From positions 1 to 64,000 of the IMG/VR virus record IMGVR_UViG_3300045988_151219: a stretch of DNA of 64,000 nt; one strand, 5' to 3'. How positions within the stretch are numbered: position 1 is the first letter of the stretch; each line of letters begins with the position of its first letter. The notes under the pieces are model-generated. The model was not told the DNA's origin. It did no database searches and worked only from the letters and a program-made list of their open reading frames with translations. This document shows, in pieces, positions 55,501 to 63,301 of this stretch. Source of the DNA: a virus. Position numbers and translations under genes: made by a program.

Positions 55501-55683
55501 TGGACGAACCTGATATATAGTTGGTGATTTTATTGAGCTTACTACTGATGAAGTAAACTCATCTGATAGATTGTTAAATTGTGAGGCTTTAGCTGTCAGT
55601 AAAAGATTATTTGTATCAAAGTCTACTACTTTGTTTGATATAACGGGACATTTTTCTAAGAAAGGTAAATAATCTTGTACCAC
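52570..55683 (-). CDS. MoxR/dynein-type (AAA_5-like) ATPase with two AAA modules
   Basis: 1037 aa. Module 1 has Walker A LLLGQSGVAKSAMV, then LVDIRLAFLSRLDLQG and Walker B VLFLDELMRC. Module 2 has ETASSMGKSS, LIDVNLAEQDRLDLMG and Walker B IIHFDEMNRL. Confidence 0.8.
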   Translation of the reverse strand: MVQDYLPFLEKCPVISNKVVDFDTNNLLLTAKASQFNNLSDEFTSSVVSSIKSPTIYQVRPFNFYVMTEPDFVVYSIKKHMEKIKAMIVEVDYNDVLRNSYVDTAESGTTVVYSDIDGQEIGGVSDSYYLDFCLNHKDSLTDDHPFNNYINESIQRKPMKLMTIDEANLKDLFNKVDDDEFKNSVGNVESGTPTYVSRLDVYFQNDKPQNRIPLLLGQSGVAKSAMVKKLADQYGYRLVDIRLAFLSRLDLQGLSKVNNTEDLEDLSEIVANSAPASFMIECLDSYVDFCRKSIPIIEEKIETAEDYDKERLTKILNKFKEGAKPPVLFLDELMRCYPPIRQAFTKILSDKEFMGHPMKYAKIVAASNYAVGKEEDLQSIYQVGISDDAAFNDRFEPIPILPEDVIKPWKAWADEKSEGDRTNIHPVVREYLEKFPTQYYDFSLVEKVYNDTGDTDKAGETSYPNFRTWEMASNYLYQHPDKVIKKDIFMGLLGEGGENFYDYLTKLGYKEAELSDDVMSDFIEQGIDSNTPILLETASSMGKSSRLKAIANKRKALLIDVNLAEQDRLDLMGIPTTVSVARYILGGLNLNESELNELPKLSEFNLPEKTTIKACDGELYYKLRKAADVGQEVIIHFDEMNRLSDTTLMSAILEVISDHRFRGIKFNKDRVKVVGSCNVGEAYSDVKPLDPAFSARFSVLKKPEFDELDLKSFQKYMKDSEFAPEVQKYFNDLAPEDAIAFMNTVEKRSLECSSSSTRAWEDLSTFIKNSKSTSMFRGVVLFPDEKTQRQVADLISGEGKDTDFVDVYNTVKKYIHKWAGARGDYSVTLGGEQVDSQSVAETLQELVASHTSDSIKEDDSLYRTFQRLAVIARQIDIEVMRDRKEAFTYIVGSDASSKFGQFYNNVSDREIEHYDLEDCVSIDILNKFLEQEISIIPVIEKRYSVVNSLFKQYIDHFDNKDPEYDREVVYAFLNSLPSNEYKVNMLYTGKDSTYFRKFINKAFDTADLLVELMDSVGVVVSDEIKAKVAANINKGAK

Positions 55684-55695
55684 GATAATTTCTCC

Positions 55696-56250
55696 TTATT
55701 GCTGTAATAAGTATTTGAATAAATATTTAAAAGCTATTGAAACTTCTGTATCAAACTGCTTACTTAATGATATATTTCTGTTGCTTTCCCAGTCTATATC
55801 CATAAGTTCAAAGATAGGTTTCAGCCGCATATATACTGAAGGTGAATATGAAATCTGATACTGTCCTGAATCTGTTTTATATATACATTTCAACGCAAAT
55901 ACCAGTACTAAAACCTGAAACATTGTTACGACTGTCCGAATAAAAACATAGTCTTTATTCTGGTCATCTAAATAGTCCTGGTCTCCCACTTGCTGGAGTT
56001 CTTTAACCAGTTGCATAAACCTTTGATTCATGAAAATACGGCTCATAGCAGACCCGCCGGCATCTTGATACAGCTTTCTGATGTCTTCGATATCATCGAT
56101 ATCAGGATTATCCATAAGCTCTTTTATTTCATCATTATATTTCCTCAAAAGCGGAAGTACAATAACATCACTCTTCGGTCCAAAAGGTTTTTTAGACAAA
56201 AGCTTTCTAAAATATTTCTGGTAGTAAGTAGAAATCAGCTGTAACTTCAT
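55696..56250 (-). CDS. hypothetical protein with one central hydrophobic helix
   Basis: 184-aa ORF containing VVTMFQVLVLVFALKCIY. Confidence 0.55.
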   Translation of the reverse strand: MKLQLISTYYQKYFRKLLSKKPFGPKSDVIVLPLLRKYNDEIKELMDNPDIDDIEDIRKLYQDAGGSAMSRIFMNQRFMQLVKELQQVGDQDYLDDQNKDYVFIRTVVTMFQVLVLVFALKCIYKTDSGQYQISYSPSVYMRLKPIFELMDIDWESNRNISLSKQFDTEVSIAFKYLFKYLLQQ

Positions 56251-56278
56251 TGTTTAACCTCTCTTTGAATTAATTTTG

Positions 56279-57283
56279 TCAAATAATTGAAAGTGTAAAA
56301 TATCTCCTTAACAGAATCTGCTTTATAAGTGTTACTAAATTTATAATACGATATTTTTCACTTAGTAAATATTTCTTTCTCCCAAAAGGTTTTACTTCTA
56401 AATAAAAATCCTTTGGCAATAACTTACGTAAACTATCAGGAAGTATTGTTGTTAAATCTAAAAATCCCCTTGTTATTGAGTAAAAAGCTGATTTAGTGGC
56501 AATTCTTCCACCATCTAAAAACGCTATTGCTACTTCTTCTAAATTACTCTCCTTTAAAATTTTGTATGATTTAATATTATCTTTAGCACTATTATTTACT
56601 AAAATATAAAGCTGGTCTTGTTTTGTCGCCTTATATGTTAAGTAAGAAAATTTTCGTACGGGTATTATAGATTTTATAACATAATATATGTCTACCTTCT
56701 CTCCCTTTTTAGGCTTCACATATCTATATAGAATAGTAAGCACAGATTTATATAAATTTACATTCTTAACTAACAAAATTAACTTATCTACAACATTTAA
56801 AATATTGTAATCAACTCCGCTATTTAAAAGCTTCACCATCAACTGAAAAGCGTCTAAGTTTTCTTCTTTTAAGTTAAATAAGTTAAAATCCAAACTAAGT
56901 TTAAAAGCTATCAGTATATCCCTTATATTATTTTTATCGTCTTTAAAGTTTAAATAGTCTTTTAGCTGTTGGTCAGTTCCTACATAAACAGCTACCCCTA
57001 AACTTGGGTCAGTTAAATAAAAATTTCCTGATTTAATTCCATAAAATAACCCAAATAAAACTACATAAGGTTCGTCAACTTTTAACAGTTTAATATTTAA
57101 TTTAACATATTTACTAAAATTGTCAAAAGATACTATATGTAATCCAGTAAATTCTGGAAATATCTTCTGTATTTTAAGTAGATAGTCAGTTTTTTTACTT
57201 ATATCCTTATAAAATTTAATTACAGCCTCTTGACCGTTAATGCAAGAAATATTTAATTTGAAAGTTTTTTCTTGTACATTCAT
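56279..57283 (-). CDS. paralog 6 (most divergent member of the array)
   Basis: 334 aa. LFGLFYGIKSGNFYLTDPSLGVAVYVGTDQQLKDYL and DAFQLMVKLLNSG align to the family core. The C-terminal tail is not conserved. Confidence 0.7.
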   Translation of the reverse strand: MNVQEKTFKLNISCINGQEAVIKFYKDISKKTDYLLKIQKIFPEFTGLHIVSFDNFSKYVKLNIKLLKVDEPYVVLFGLFYGIKSGNFYLTDPSLGVAVYVGTDQQLKDYLNFKDDKNNIRDILIAFKLSLDFNLFNLKEENLDAFQLMVKLLNSGVDYNILNVVDKLILLVKNVNLYKSVLTILYRYVKPKKGEKVDIYYVIKSIIPVRKFSYLTYKATKQDQLYILVNNSAKDNIKSYKILKESNLEEVAIAFLDGGRIATKSAFYSITRGFLDLTTILPDSLRKLLPKDFYLEVKPFGRKKYLLSEKYRIINLVTLIKQILLRRYFTLSII

Positions 57284-57319
57284 TGGCAGTACCCTTCTAC
57301 AAACAGTTTATATTTTATA

Positions 57320-58404
57320 TTATACTAATTCTTTCATTAGTCTTTTTGAGATTTTGTTAAATATTACAGAAAATCGTCTACTATTGTGAGTATTATGAAT
57401 AAACTTATTTGCTTGAAACTCATGACCAAAATTAATTTTATTAGGGTCTGTAGGAGATTTTATAGAAGTCGCTTTATTAAAAGTTTCTTCCCCCATTAAA
57501 TCTTTTGCCGGACTTATTAAATCTTGAAAAGTAACTTCTGTCGTTTTTTTCTAAAGAAGGACTTTGTTTAATGAAATATTCTGTTAATTCCACCTTATTT
57601 ACATAATTAAGAATTTTATTATAGTGTTCTGAATCAGAATCATATTGGCTTAACGGAACATCAGAAGAAGCTCGGTATAAATAATATTTACAAGCTGATG
57701 AAGATTCTATAGGAACTATAGTAGAATTTTTATAAAATACTCTTTCTATATCTGAATAAAGGTTTGTTTTTTCCGCATTCAATTTTAAAATCCGTTGAAA
57801 GAAAAACTGAACTTCTATAACTTCTTTAGCTAAATTAAACAGCTTATATACAAAACCATCAACACTACTTGGGTCTGATACACTCTCTACAGAATGACTA
57901 CATAACAAGTCTATTAATAACTCAAAATTATCTACTTCTTTTTCTATTTCTTCATCTTTATTTAAAAAATATTCTATATTTCCTGTTAGCTTATAAGCCA
58001 TAACTTTATTAATAAAATCTTGACTTAAATCTACTCCTAAATAAAGAGATAAATCAGCTAAAGTATTAAACGGAACTGCAATACCAGTCTCCGGTTCAGT
58101 TAAATAAAATATTTCTGTTTCCGGAACATAATACATATTAAACAAATAAATATAATTTACCGTTTTGTTTTTTCATCCCAGTAAAGACAAAATAACTTTT
58201 CATTTTCATCTACTTCAAAGGGAAAGTCGGTAACATTTTCCGCTTTTCTTGTAGTAGATTTAAACAATAATATAAAAAGCATATATATTTACAGTCATTA
58301 TCTCTATTTGAGTTCAGTAATTTATCTATGAAAGTTAATTGTCTTACAAAACTAATTATTCTACGGGATACTTCACCAGTATCCAAAAAATAAAGTTTCT
58401 TCAT
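57320..58404 (-). pseudogene. paralog 5, disrupted by at least three frame changes
   Basis: The fragments are in family order but in different frames:
- MKKLYFLDTGEV... (track ORF 58210..58419).
- ...KAENVTDFPFEVDENEKLFCLYWDE.
- KNKTVNYIYLFNMYYVPETEIFY... (track ORF 57477..58145).
- ...TTEVTFQDLISPAKDLMGEETFNKATS...RRFSVIFNKISKRLMKELV, with its stop at 57320-57322.
Two of the switches sit in plus-strand T runs, 57544..57550 and 58168..58173. Confidence 0.7.
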
Positions 58405-58405
58405 G

Positions 58406-59440
58406 TTAGGACACCTCATTTAAAACAGATTTAGATATTTTATTAAAAATTACAGAAAATCTTCTATCCAGTAATCCTCTTTTATATAAAAAATTAGTAT
58501 TCATATCAGCATAATCCCCAGCATATTTTTCTTGCCCTGGTTCTATTTCAACCTTATTAAATGAATTTAAAGCTCTTTTACTTATATGAAGCTTTAACGG
58601 CTCTAATAAATCTGCCGCTGATTTTTCCGCCGATTCTATTGACGATGAAGTTTTTATGAAATACTCTTTTAGCTCTTCTTTATTTAATGCTCTATATAAT
58701 GAATTAGACACGTCATTTGTAGTAATATTAATATCCACTACATTATCTAAAGACAATTTCTTTAAATCATCTAACTTATTTGCAAAAATAAACAAATAAG
58801 GAACAAAAGAAGCAGATATACCGTATAATTTTATATTAGTTTGCCAGTCTTCCAGTAAAGAAAAAAATCTTCTTGAATTATTAACTAATAAAGTACAAAC
58901 AAAAACAACATCCAATAAAGTTTTCTTGACTTGATTGATGTCTACCTGGCTCTCTTGTAATGAATTTTGCAAACATGAAATTAAAAGCTGGAAATTATCT
59001 ACGTCTTCATCATCTCCGGTTTCAAAAAAATTTGCTATGTTTCCGGATATTTTATAAGCTAAAGCTTTTTTAAAGAAGTCATTTCTTATCTTAAACTGCA
59101 ACTTTTTTTCAAGAGTCGTTAGAGACAATATAGGAATAGCTCCAACATCTGATTTATTAGCATAAAAAATTTCTGTGTCCGGTGAATAGTACATACCCCA
59201 AAGACATATAAAGTTACGTGGATTTACACAAGTAACAGCTTCTCCTCGTGTTAGGACCCTTATACTATTTTTAGTTAAGTTATGTACTATAAAAAATAAA
59301 GATTTAGTTTTAAAGAAAGCTTCATATCTTTTTATAACCGAATTAACAGCCTTTATAGAATGAAACACATTATCTAAATTCTGTTCATCTGATAGAAAAG
59401 TATCTAAATGAAATTCAAAAAGAGTTTTTTCTACTCCCAT
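58406..59440 (-). CDS. paralog 4
   Basis: 344 aa. LWGMYYSPDTEIFYANKSDVGAIPILSLTTLEKKL; DNFQLLISCLQNS; RRFSVIFNKISKSVLNEVS. Confidence 0.8.
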   Translation of the reverse strand: MGVEKTLFEFHLDTFLSDEQNLDNVFHSIKAVNSVIKRYEAFFKTKSLFFIVHNLTKNSIRVLTRGEAVTCVNPRNFICLWGMYYSPDTEIFYANKSDVGAIPILSLTTLEKKLQFKIRNDFFKKALAYKISGNIANFFETGDDEDVDNFQLLISCLQNSLQESQVDINQVKKTLLDVVFVCTLLVNNSRRFFSLLEDWQTNIKLYGISASFVPYLFIFANKLDDLKKLSLDNVVDINITTNDVSNSLYRALNKEELKEYFIKTSSSIESAEKSAADLLEPLKLHISKRALNSFNKVEIEPGQEKYAGDYADMNTNFLYKRGLLDRRFSVIFNKISKSVLNEVS

Positions 59441-60442
59441 TTAACTTACCTCTTTAAGTAGTATCTTAGATATTTTATTGAAAATTACTGAAAACTTCTT
59501 ACAATATAATATACTCATTTCTCCATAATACGTTGTATAAAGCTCTTTACTTTGTTTAGCATCCGCTTCTATTTTACTATCGGCTGTATCAAATAAAGAA
59601 AGAGTTCTCTTAGAAACTTTATCTTGGATAGGCTTTAAAAAATCCTTTATTGATTTATCAGCTACATCAAGAGACGGTGAAGTTTTTATAAAATACTCTG
59701 AAAGCTCTTCTTTATTTAAAGCTTTATATAAAGGATTAGTTAAATTAAATTCACTTGTAGTAAATTCATGTTCTACAAAATATGACGGATAATCAAGAGA
59801 AGCTTTTCTAAAATCATCTATATTATCAATACCTAATAGAGTATTTTTCTGAAACGTACATTCTATAGTTTTAAATTCTTCCTCTTCAACATGTTGTGCA
59901 AAATCTTCCATAAAAGCACCAAACGTAAAAAGAAATCTTGTCATTGCATCTGTAAATTTAAGTAACCTATCTTTTATTTCTTTTTTGTCTGTGATAACCT
60001 CAACGTTCATATTCTGTAAAAGATTAACCATTAAAGAGAATGTATCCGATGTTGTATCTTGAATATCAAAAGATAATAAATCATCTATATTACCTGTTAC
60101 TTTATAAAGTAAAACTCTCTCGGTAAAATTTTGATTAATAGGATATTGCAAATATTTACTTAAAGCTTTTAAAGAAACAACAGGTATCGCTATCTTCTCT
60201 GATTTATTAGCATAAAAAATTTCTGTGTCTGGTGAATAATAAGCTCCAAATATCTTTAAAAAATTTTGAGGTCTAATTTCTTCTTCCCAGCTTAAAATTA
60301 CATAATCATCATGGAAATTTTCATATTTAAAAAGATATTCCATATTTAAATCTTTTTTTAGTCTTCTTAGTGGAGAATTTACTATTCTTACTCCACCCTT
60401 TATATCAGAAGTAGGATAATTTACTCGATAAGACCGTTTCAT
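59441..60442 (-). CDS. paralog 3
   Basis: 333 aa. IFGAYYSPDTEIFYANKSEKIAIPVVSLKALSKYL; DTFSLMVNLLQNM; KKFSVIFNKISKILLKEVS. Confidence 0.8.
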   Translation of the reverse strand: MKRSYRVNYPTSDIKGGVRIVNSPLRRLKKDLNMEYLFKYENFHDDYVILSWEEEIRPQNFLKIFGAYYSPDTEIFYANKSEKIAIPVVSLKALSKYLQYPINQNFTERVLLYKVTGNIDDLLSFDIQDTTSDTFSLMVNLLQNMNVEVITDKKEIKDRLLKFTDAMTRFLFTFGAFMEDFAQHVEEEEFKTIECTFQKNTLLGIDNIDDFRKASLDYPSYFVEHEFTTSEFNLTNPLYKALNKEELSEYFIKTSPSLDVADKSIKDFLKPIQDKVSKRTLSLFDTADSKIEADAKQSKELYTTYYGEMSILYCKKFSVIFNKISKILLKEVS

Positions 60443-60443
60443 T

Positions 60444-61460
60444 TTAACTTACCTCTTTAAGCAGTATCTTAGATATTTTGTTGAAAATGACTGAAAACTT
60501 TCGGTCAGTTAATCCTCTGCTATATTTTGCTCGTACTGCATTATAACCTATGTCTCTCTTTTCAACTGCTTTATCGAAAGCCGAAATTGTTCTTCCGCCT
60601 GTCACATCTTTTACAAACTCTAAATGTTCTTTCATTGATTTTTCAGCCACATCAAGTGAAGAAGAAGATAATAAGAAAAAGTCAAATAGTTCTTCTCTAT
60701 TAAAAACTTTATTTTCTACTATGTCTTCTTTATCATAAGTAGAATCTGTACATGAAGAATAAAGATAAGATTTACTATTAAATCTTTTAACAGGCTCCGT
60801 GCAAGATGGACCTAACCAATACTCATAATTAAATAAAAAAGTAAACCTACGTTTTATATTATCTACAAGGACTACAAATTTTTTTAAAATTCTGGTCGCT
60901 TCATTAATATCTACATTAAATATTTCAGAATGATTCTGAAGGAGATTAATTAAAAGCTCGAAATTATCTGTATCCTTAACATCTTTATTTTCATATAAAA
61001 AATAATCCAATTTCCCTGATATTTTAAAGGAAACGGCTCTTTTTACAAAATCATCTGAAATTTTAAAATTTAAAATCCTTTCAAAAGTTTTTAAATTAAT
61101 AAAGGGAATAGCTCCCCCACCTTTAGGGTGATTGAAATAAAATATTTCTGTTTCAGGTGAGTAATATAAGCTAAAAAGTTTTATTGCATTAGTCGGCTTA
61201 ACTATTTCATCCCATTCAAATTTAACAGCTCTAACATTCATATCTTTTCTTTGTATACCTGGTTGAGTTGCCAACGCACTTTCCGGAACATCTTCTAAAT
61301 TAACGATTCTATAAGTAAATAAACAATCACTCTCTGCTATTTGATTTTTTAACTCGTTCCCCCATTTATAAAAAAAGTCACTTAAAAAAGAACTTAAAGT
61401 ATGCCACCAGTTTTCTACATTCACATAATCTGGAAAAAATCCGTATATTTCTCTATGCAT
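60444..61460 (-). CDS. paralog 2
   Basis: 338 aa. LFSLYYSPETEIFYFNHPKGGGAIPFINLKTFERIL; DNFELLINLLQNH; RKFSVIFNKISKILLKEVS. Confidence 0.8.
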   Translation of the reverse strand: MHREIYGFFPDYVNVENWWHTLSSFLSDFFYKWGNELKNQIAESDCLFTYRIVNLEDVPESALATQPGIQRKDMNVRAVKFEWDEIVKPTNAIKLFSLYYSPETEIFYFNHPKGGGAIPFINLKTFERILNFKISDDFVKRAVSFKISGKLDYFLYENKDVKDTDNFELLINLLQNHSEIFNVDINEATRILKKFVVLVDNIKRRFTFLFNYEYWLGPSCTEPVKRFNSKSYLYSSCTDSTYDKEDIVENKVFNREELFDFFLLSSSSLDVAEKSMKEHLEFVKDVTGGRTISAFDKAVEKRDIGYNAVRAKYSRGLTDRKFSVIFNKISKILLKEVS

Positions 61461-61464
61461 TTAT

Positions 61465-62571
61465 CTAAGCCCCTCCATTCAAACTTACCTCTTTTAATAG
61501 AGATTTACTTATTTTATTGAAAATTACTGAAAATTTACGATTAAGTAATTCATTCCGTCTATCAAGCTGTCCTAAAGGTTTATCTATAAAAGCATCTATT
61601 TTATCTAAATTAGATTGGTCAGCTGCCTTATTAAAGAAAGAAGCAGCCCTGCTACTTACTCTACTTTTTAACGGTGTAACTAAATCTTTAAAAGCTTTTT
61701 CCGCACTTTCAACAGAATCAGATTTATCTAAATAGTAGTTAGATATTTCTTCCCTATTTACAGCTTTTTGCAAATTTAACAGTTCTTTTTTATCTTTAAA
61801 AGCATATTCCAGTCTATAAATTAAAGTGGAATACGAATAAAGAGTTTTACTTACAGCAGAAAAATTATTACTGTCTACCATCCCTTCTTGTGAAGCTGCA
61901 AAAGAAGGAGCAATTTCTTTATATAAAGAAGTGTTAAATTCATACATATCCAAAGTAGACATGTAAATATGATAGAAATAAACCTGTAAAGCTGATACTA
62001 AATTTACCATCTTATAAAGAAGTTTACTTCTACTTTTTGTATCTAAAGCACTGTTATAACTATCAACACCTTTAGTCAACATTTGCACTAAAAGCGAAAA
62101 AGAATCCGCATCTTGAATTTCAGACTCTTTAAATAAAGTCTCTAAATCTCCGGTAATTTTATATGATAAAGCTCTGTTTTCAAAATCAGTTTCTAAAGGA
62201 AGCTCTAAATACTCCGCTAAAGTTTTTAACTTCATAATCGGCACAGCATAATCATATTTAGGGTCGTTTAAATAAAAAATATTTGTGTCCGGAGAATAGT
62301 ACATACTAAAAATGTAGATACTGTCTTTCGGCTTGACAGTCTCTTCCCATTCCAGTTTTAAAAAACTTAATTCTTCATCAATAGTATCATATGGAAAATC
62401 AGGGTCTTGTTCCGCTTGTTTAAAAGTTAAGAATTTTATGTTAAATAAGAACTCTCCTAAATAAAGGTTCATAGTATTTAAAATGCTTTTAAACAAGTCT
62501 TCAAATTTAGACTTCTTATAAAAAATATTCGATTCTCCAGTACCTAACGATAAATATAAAGTTCTTTTCAT
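61465..62571 (-). CDS. paralog 1
   Basis: 368 aa. IFSMYYSPDTNIFYLNDPKYDYAVPIMKLKTLAEYL; DSFSLLVQMLTKG; RKFSVIFNKISKSLLKEVSLNGGA. Confidence 0.8.
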   Translation of the reverse strand: MKRTLYLSLGTGESNIFYKKSKFEDLFKSILNTMNLYLGEFLFNIKFLTFKQAEQDPDFPYDTIDEELSFLKLEWEETVKPKDSIYIFSMYYSPDTNIFYLNDPKYDYAVPIMKLKTLAEYLELPLETDFENRALSYKITGDLETLFKESEIQDADSFSLLVQMLTKGVDSYNSALDTKSRSKLLYKMVNLVSALQVYFYHIYMSTLDMYEFNTSLYKEIAPSFAASQEGMVDSNNFSAVSKTLYSYSTLIYRLEYAFKDKKELLNLQKAVNREEISNYYLDKSDSVESAEKAFKDLVTPLKSRVSSRAASFFNKAADQSNLDKIDAFIDKPLGQLDRRNELLNRKFSVIFNKISKSLLKEVSLNGGA

Positions 62572-62588
62572 CTTAAGTTCCTTTCATC

Positions 62589-63011
62589 TTAAGTTCCTTT
62601 TACAAATACTGAAACGTCTTTCTTTGAGATTAAAAATGATTGGTCTTCTTCTACTTCAAGACTGTAAATAAAATCATCATAAAAATAATTTGACTTCTTT
62701 ATCAAAACTTTCTGATATATTATACTTTTCTTTCCGTGAGGACTTAATCCAAAAAATTGTTTGGGAAGCTCTTTTAAAGCTTCTATACTATTATTATACG
62801 ATGAAATAAAAAATAGCTGGTTTTCAGTAGCGTAAATTACTTCTTTCCCTATTATCAATTTACCCACTTTATCGTATGAGATAGTCTTCCCGATAACCTC
62901 TCTAACTCTATTTCTATGCGTGTAAACATAGTCTCCTATATTTACTAAATAGATAGGCAGTCTCCCTCTTGATGTTTTAACTAAAGTAGAAGCTGAAAAA
63001 CAGTCTCTCAT
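62589..63011 (-). CDS. free-standing degenerate Hint (mini-intein-like) domain protein
   Basis: 140 aa. MRD-CFSASTLVKTSRGRLPIYLVNIGDYVYT is intein block A with Cys1. ATENQLFF has Gln in place of the block-B His. C-terminal FIYSLEVEEDQSFLISKKDVSVFVKGT matches the blocks F/G pattern but lacks the His-Asn terminus. Confidence 0.65.
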   Translation of the reverse strand: MRDCFSASTLVKTSRGRLPIYLVNIGDYVYTHRNRVREVIGKTISYDKVGKLIIGKEVIYATENQLFFISSYNNSIEALKELPKQFFGLSPHGKKSIIYQKVLIKKSNYFYDDFIYSLEVEEDQSFLISKKDVSVFVKGT

Positions 63012-63301
63012 TTAAAATATTCCCCGAATAATTTTTTATGTATATTAAGAACTTCTTCCTGTGAAATCTTTCCCTGTATAAAATCATTTAATGTATTAGC
63101 CTGTATCTTTACATCTAAAATTTCATACATAGATACTGATTGATAAGAAAGCTCTATTAAAGAATGTGTTAAGAATGATGAAAGATACTTGGCTAAAGTT
63201 AAGTCGTTAGGCTGCTCTTTGCCATTAAGAACTTTTCTAAGTCCTATATAGAAAGCTTTAGTCCTCATTGATTTAAAAAATTCCTGCTTAACGTTTACCA
63301 T
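63008..63301 (-). CDS. hypothetical protein
   Basis: 97-aa ORF, overlap-coupled on both sides. Confidence 0.5.
   Translation of the reverse strand: MVNVKQEFFKSMRTKAFYIGLRKVLNGKEQPNDLTLAKYLSSFLTHSLIELSYQSVSMYEILDVKIQANTLNDFIQGKISQEEVLNIHKKLFGEYFK

Larger units (their letters stand above)
56279..62571 (-). repeat. tandem array of six paralogous genes (five intact, one decayed)
   Basis: The members share a core of the form hh.hYYSP[DE]T[EN]IFY......hAhPh..L..h...L, then D.F.L[LM]hnLLQN, then a C-terminal [RK][RK]FSVIFNKISK.[LV]L[KN]EVS. About 60 nt at each 3' end is conserved at nucleotide level. Confidence 0.85.

Noticed and set aside
102-61735. All plus-strand ORFs in the track (for example 102..383, 29043..29495, 40359..40688, 50862..51176 and 47062..47307).
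   Set aside because: Each lies entirely antisense to a longer minus-strand ORF with recognisable motifs. They have low-complexity or hydrophobic mirror-image compositions, no SD sequences and no operon logic. They are treated as antisense artefacts.
56279-62571. Possibility that the regularly spaced conserved ~60-nt blocks represent a CRISPR-like or DGR template/variable repeat system.
   Set aside because: The blocks are about 1 kb apart and lie in-frame at the 3' ends of protein-coding paralogs. No reverse transcriptase or cas gene is present in the window. There is no adenine-specific mismatch pattern between copies that I could see.
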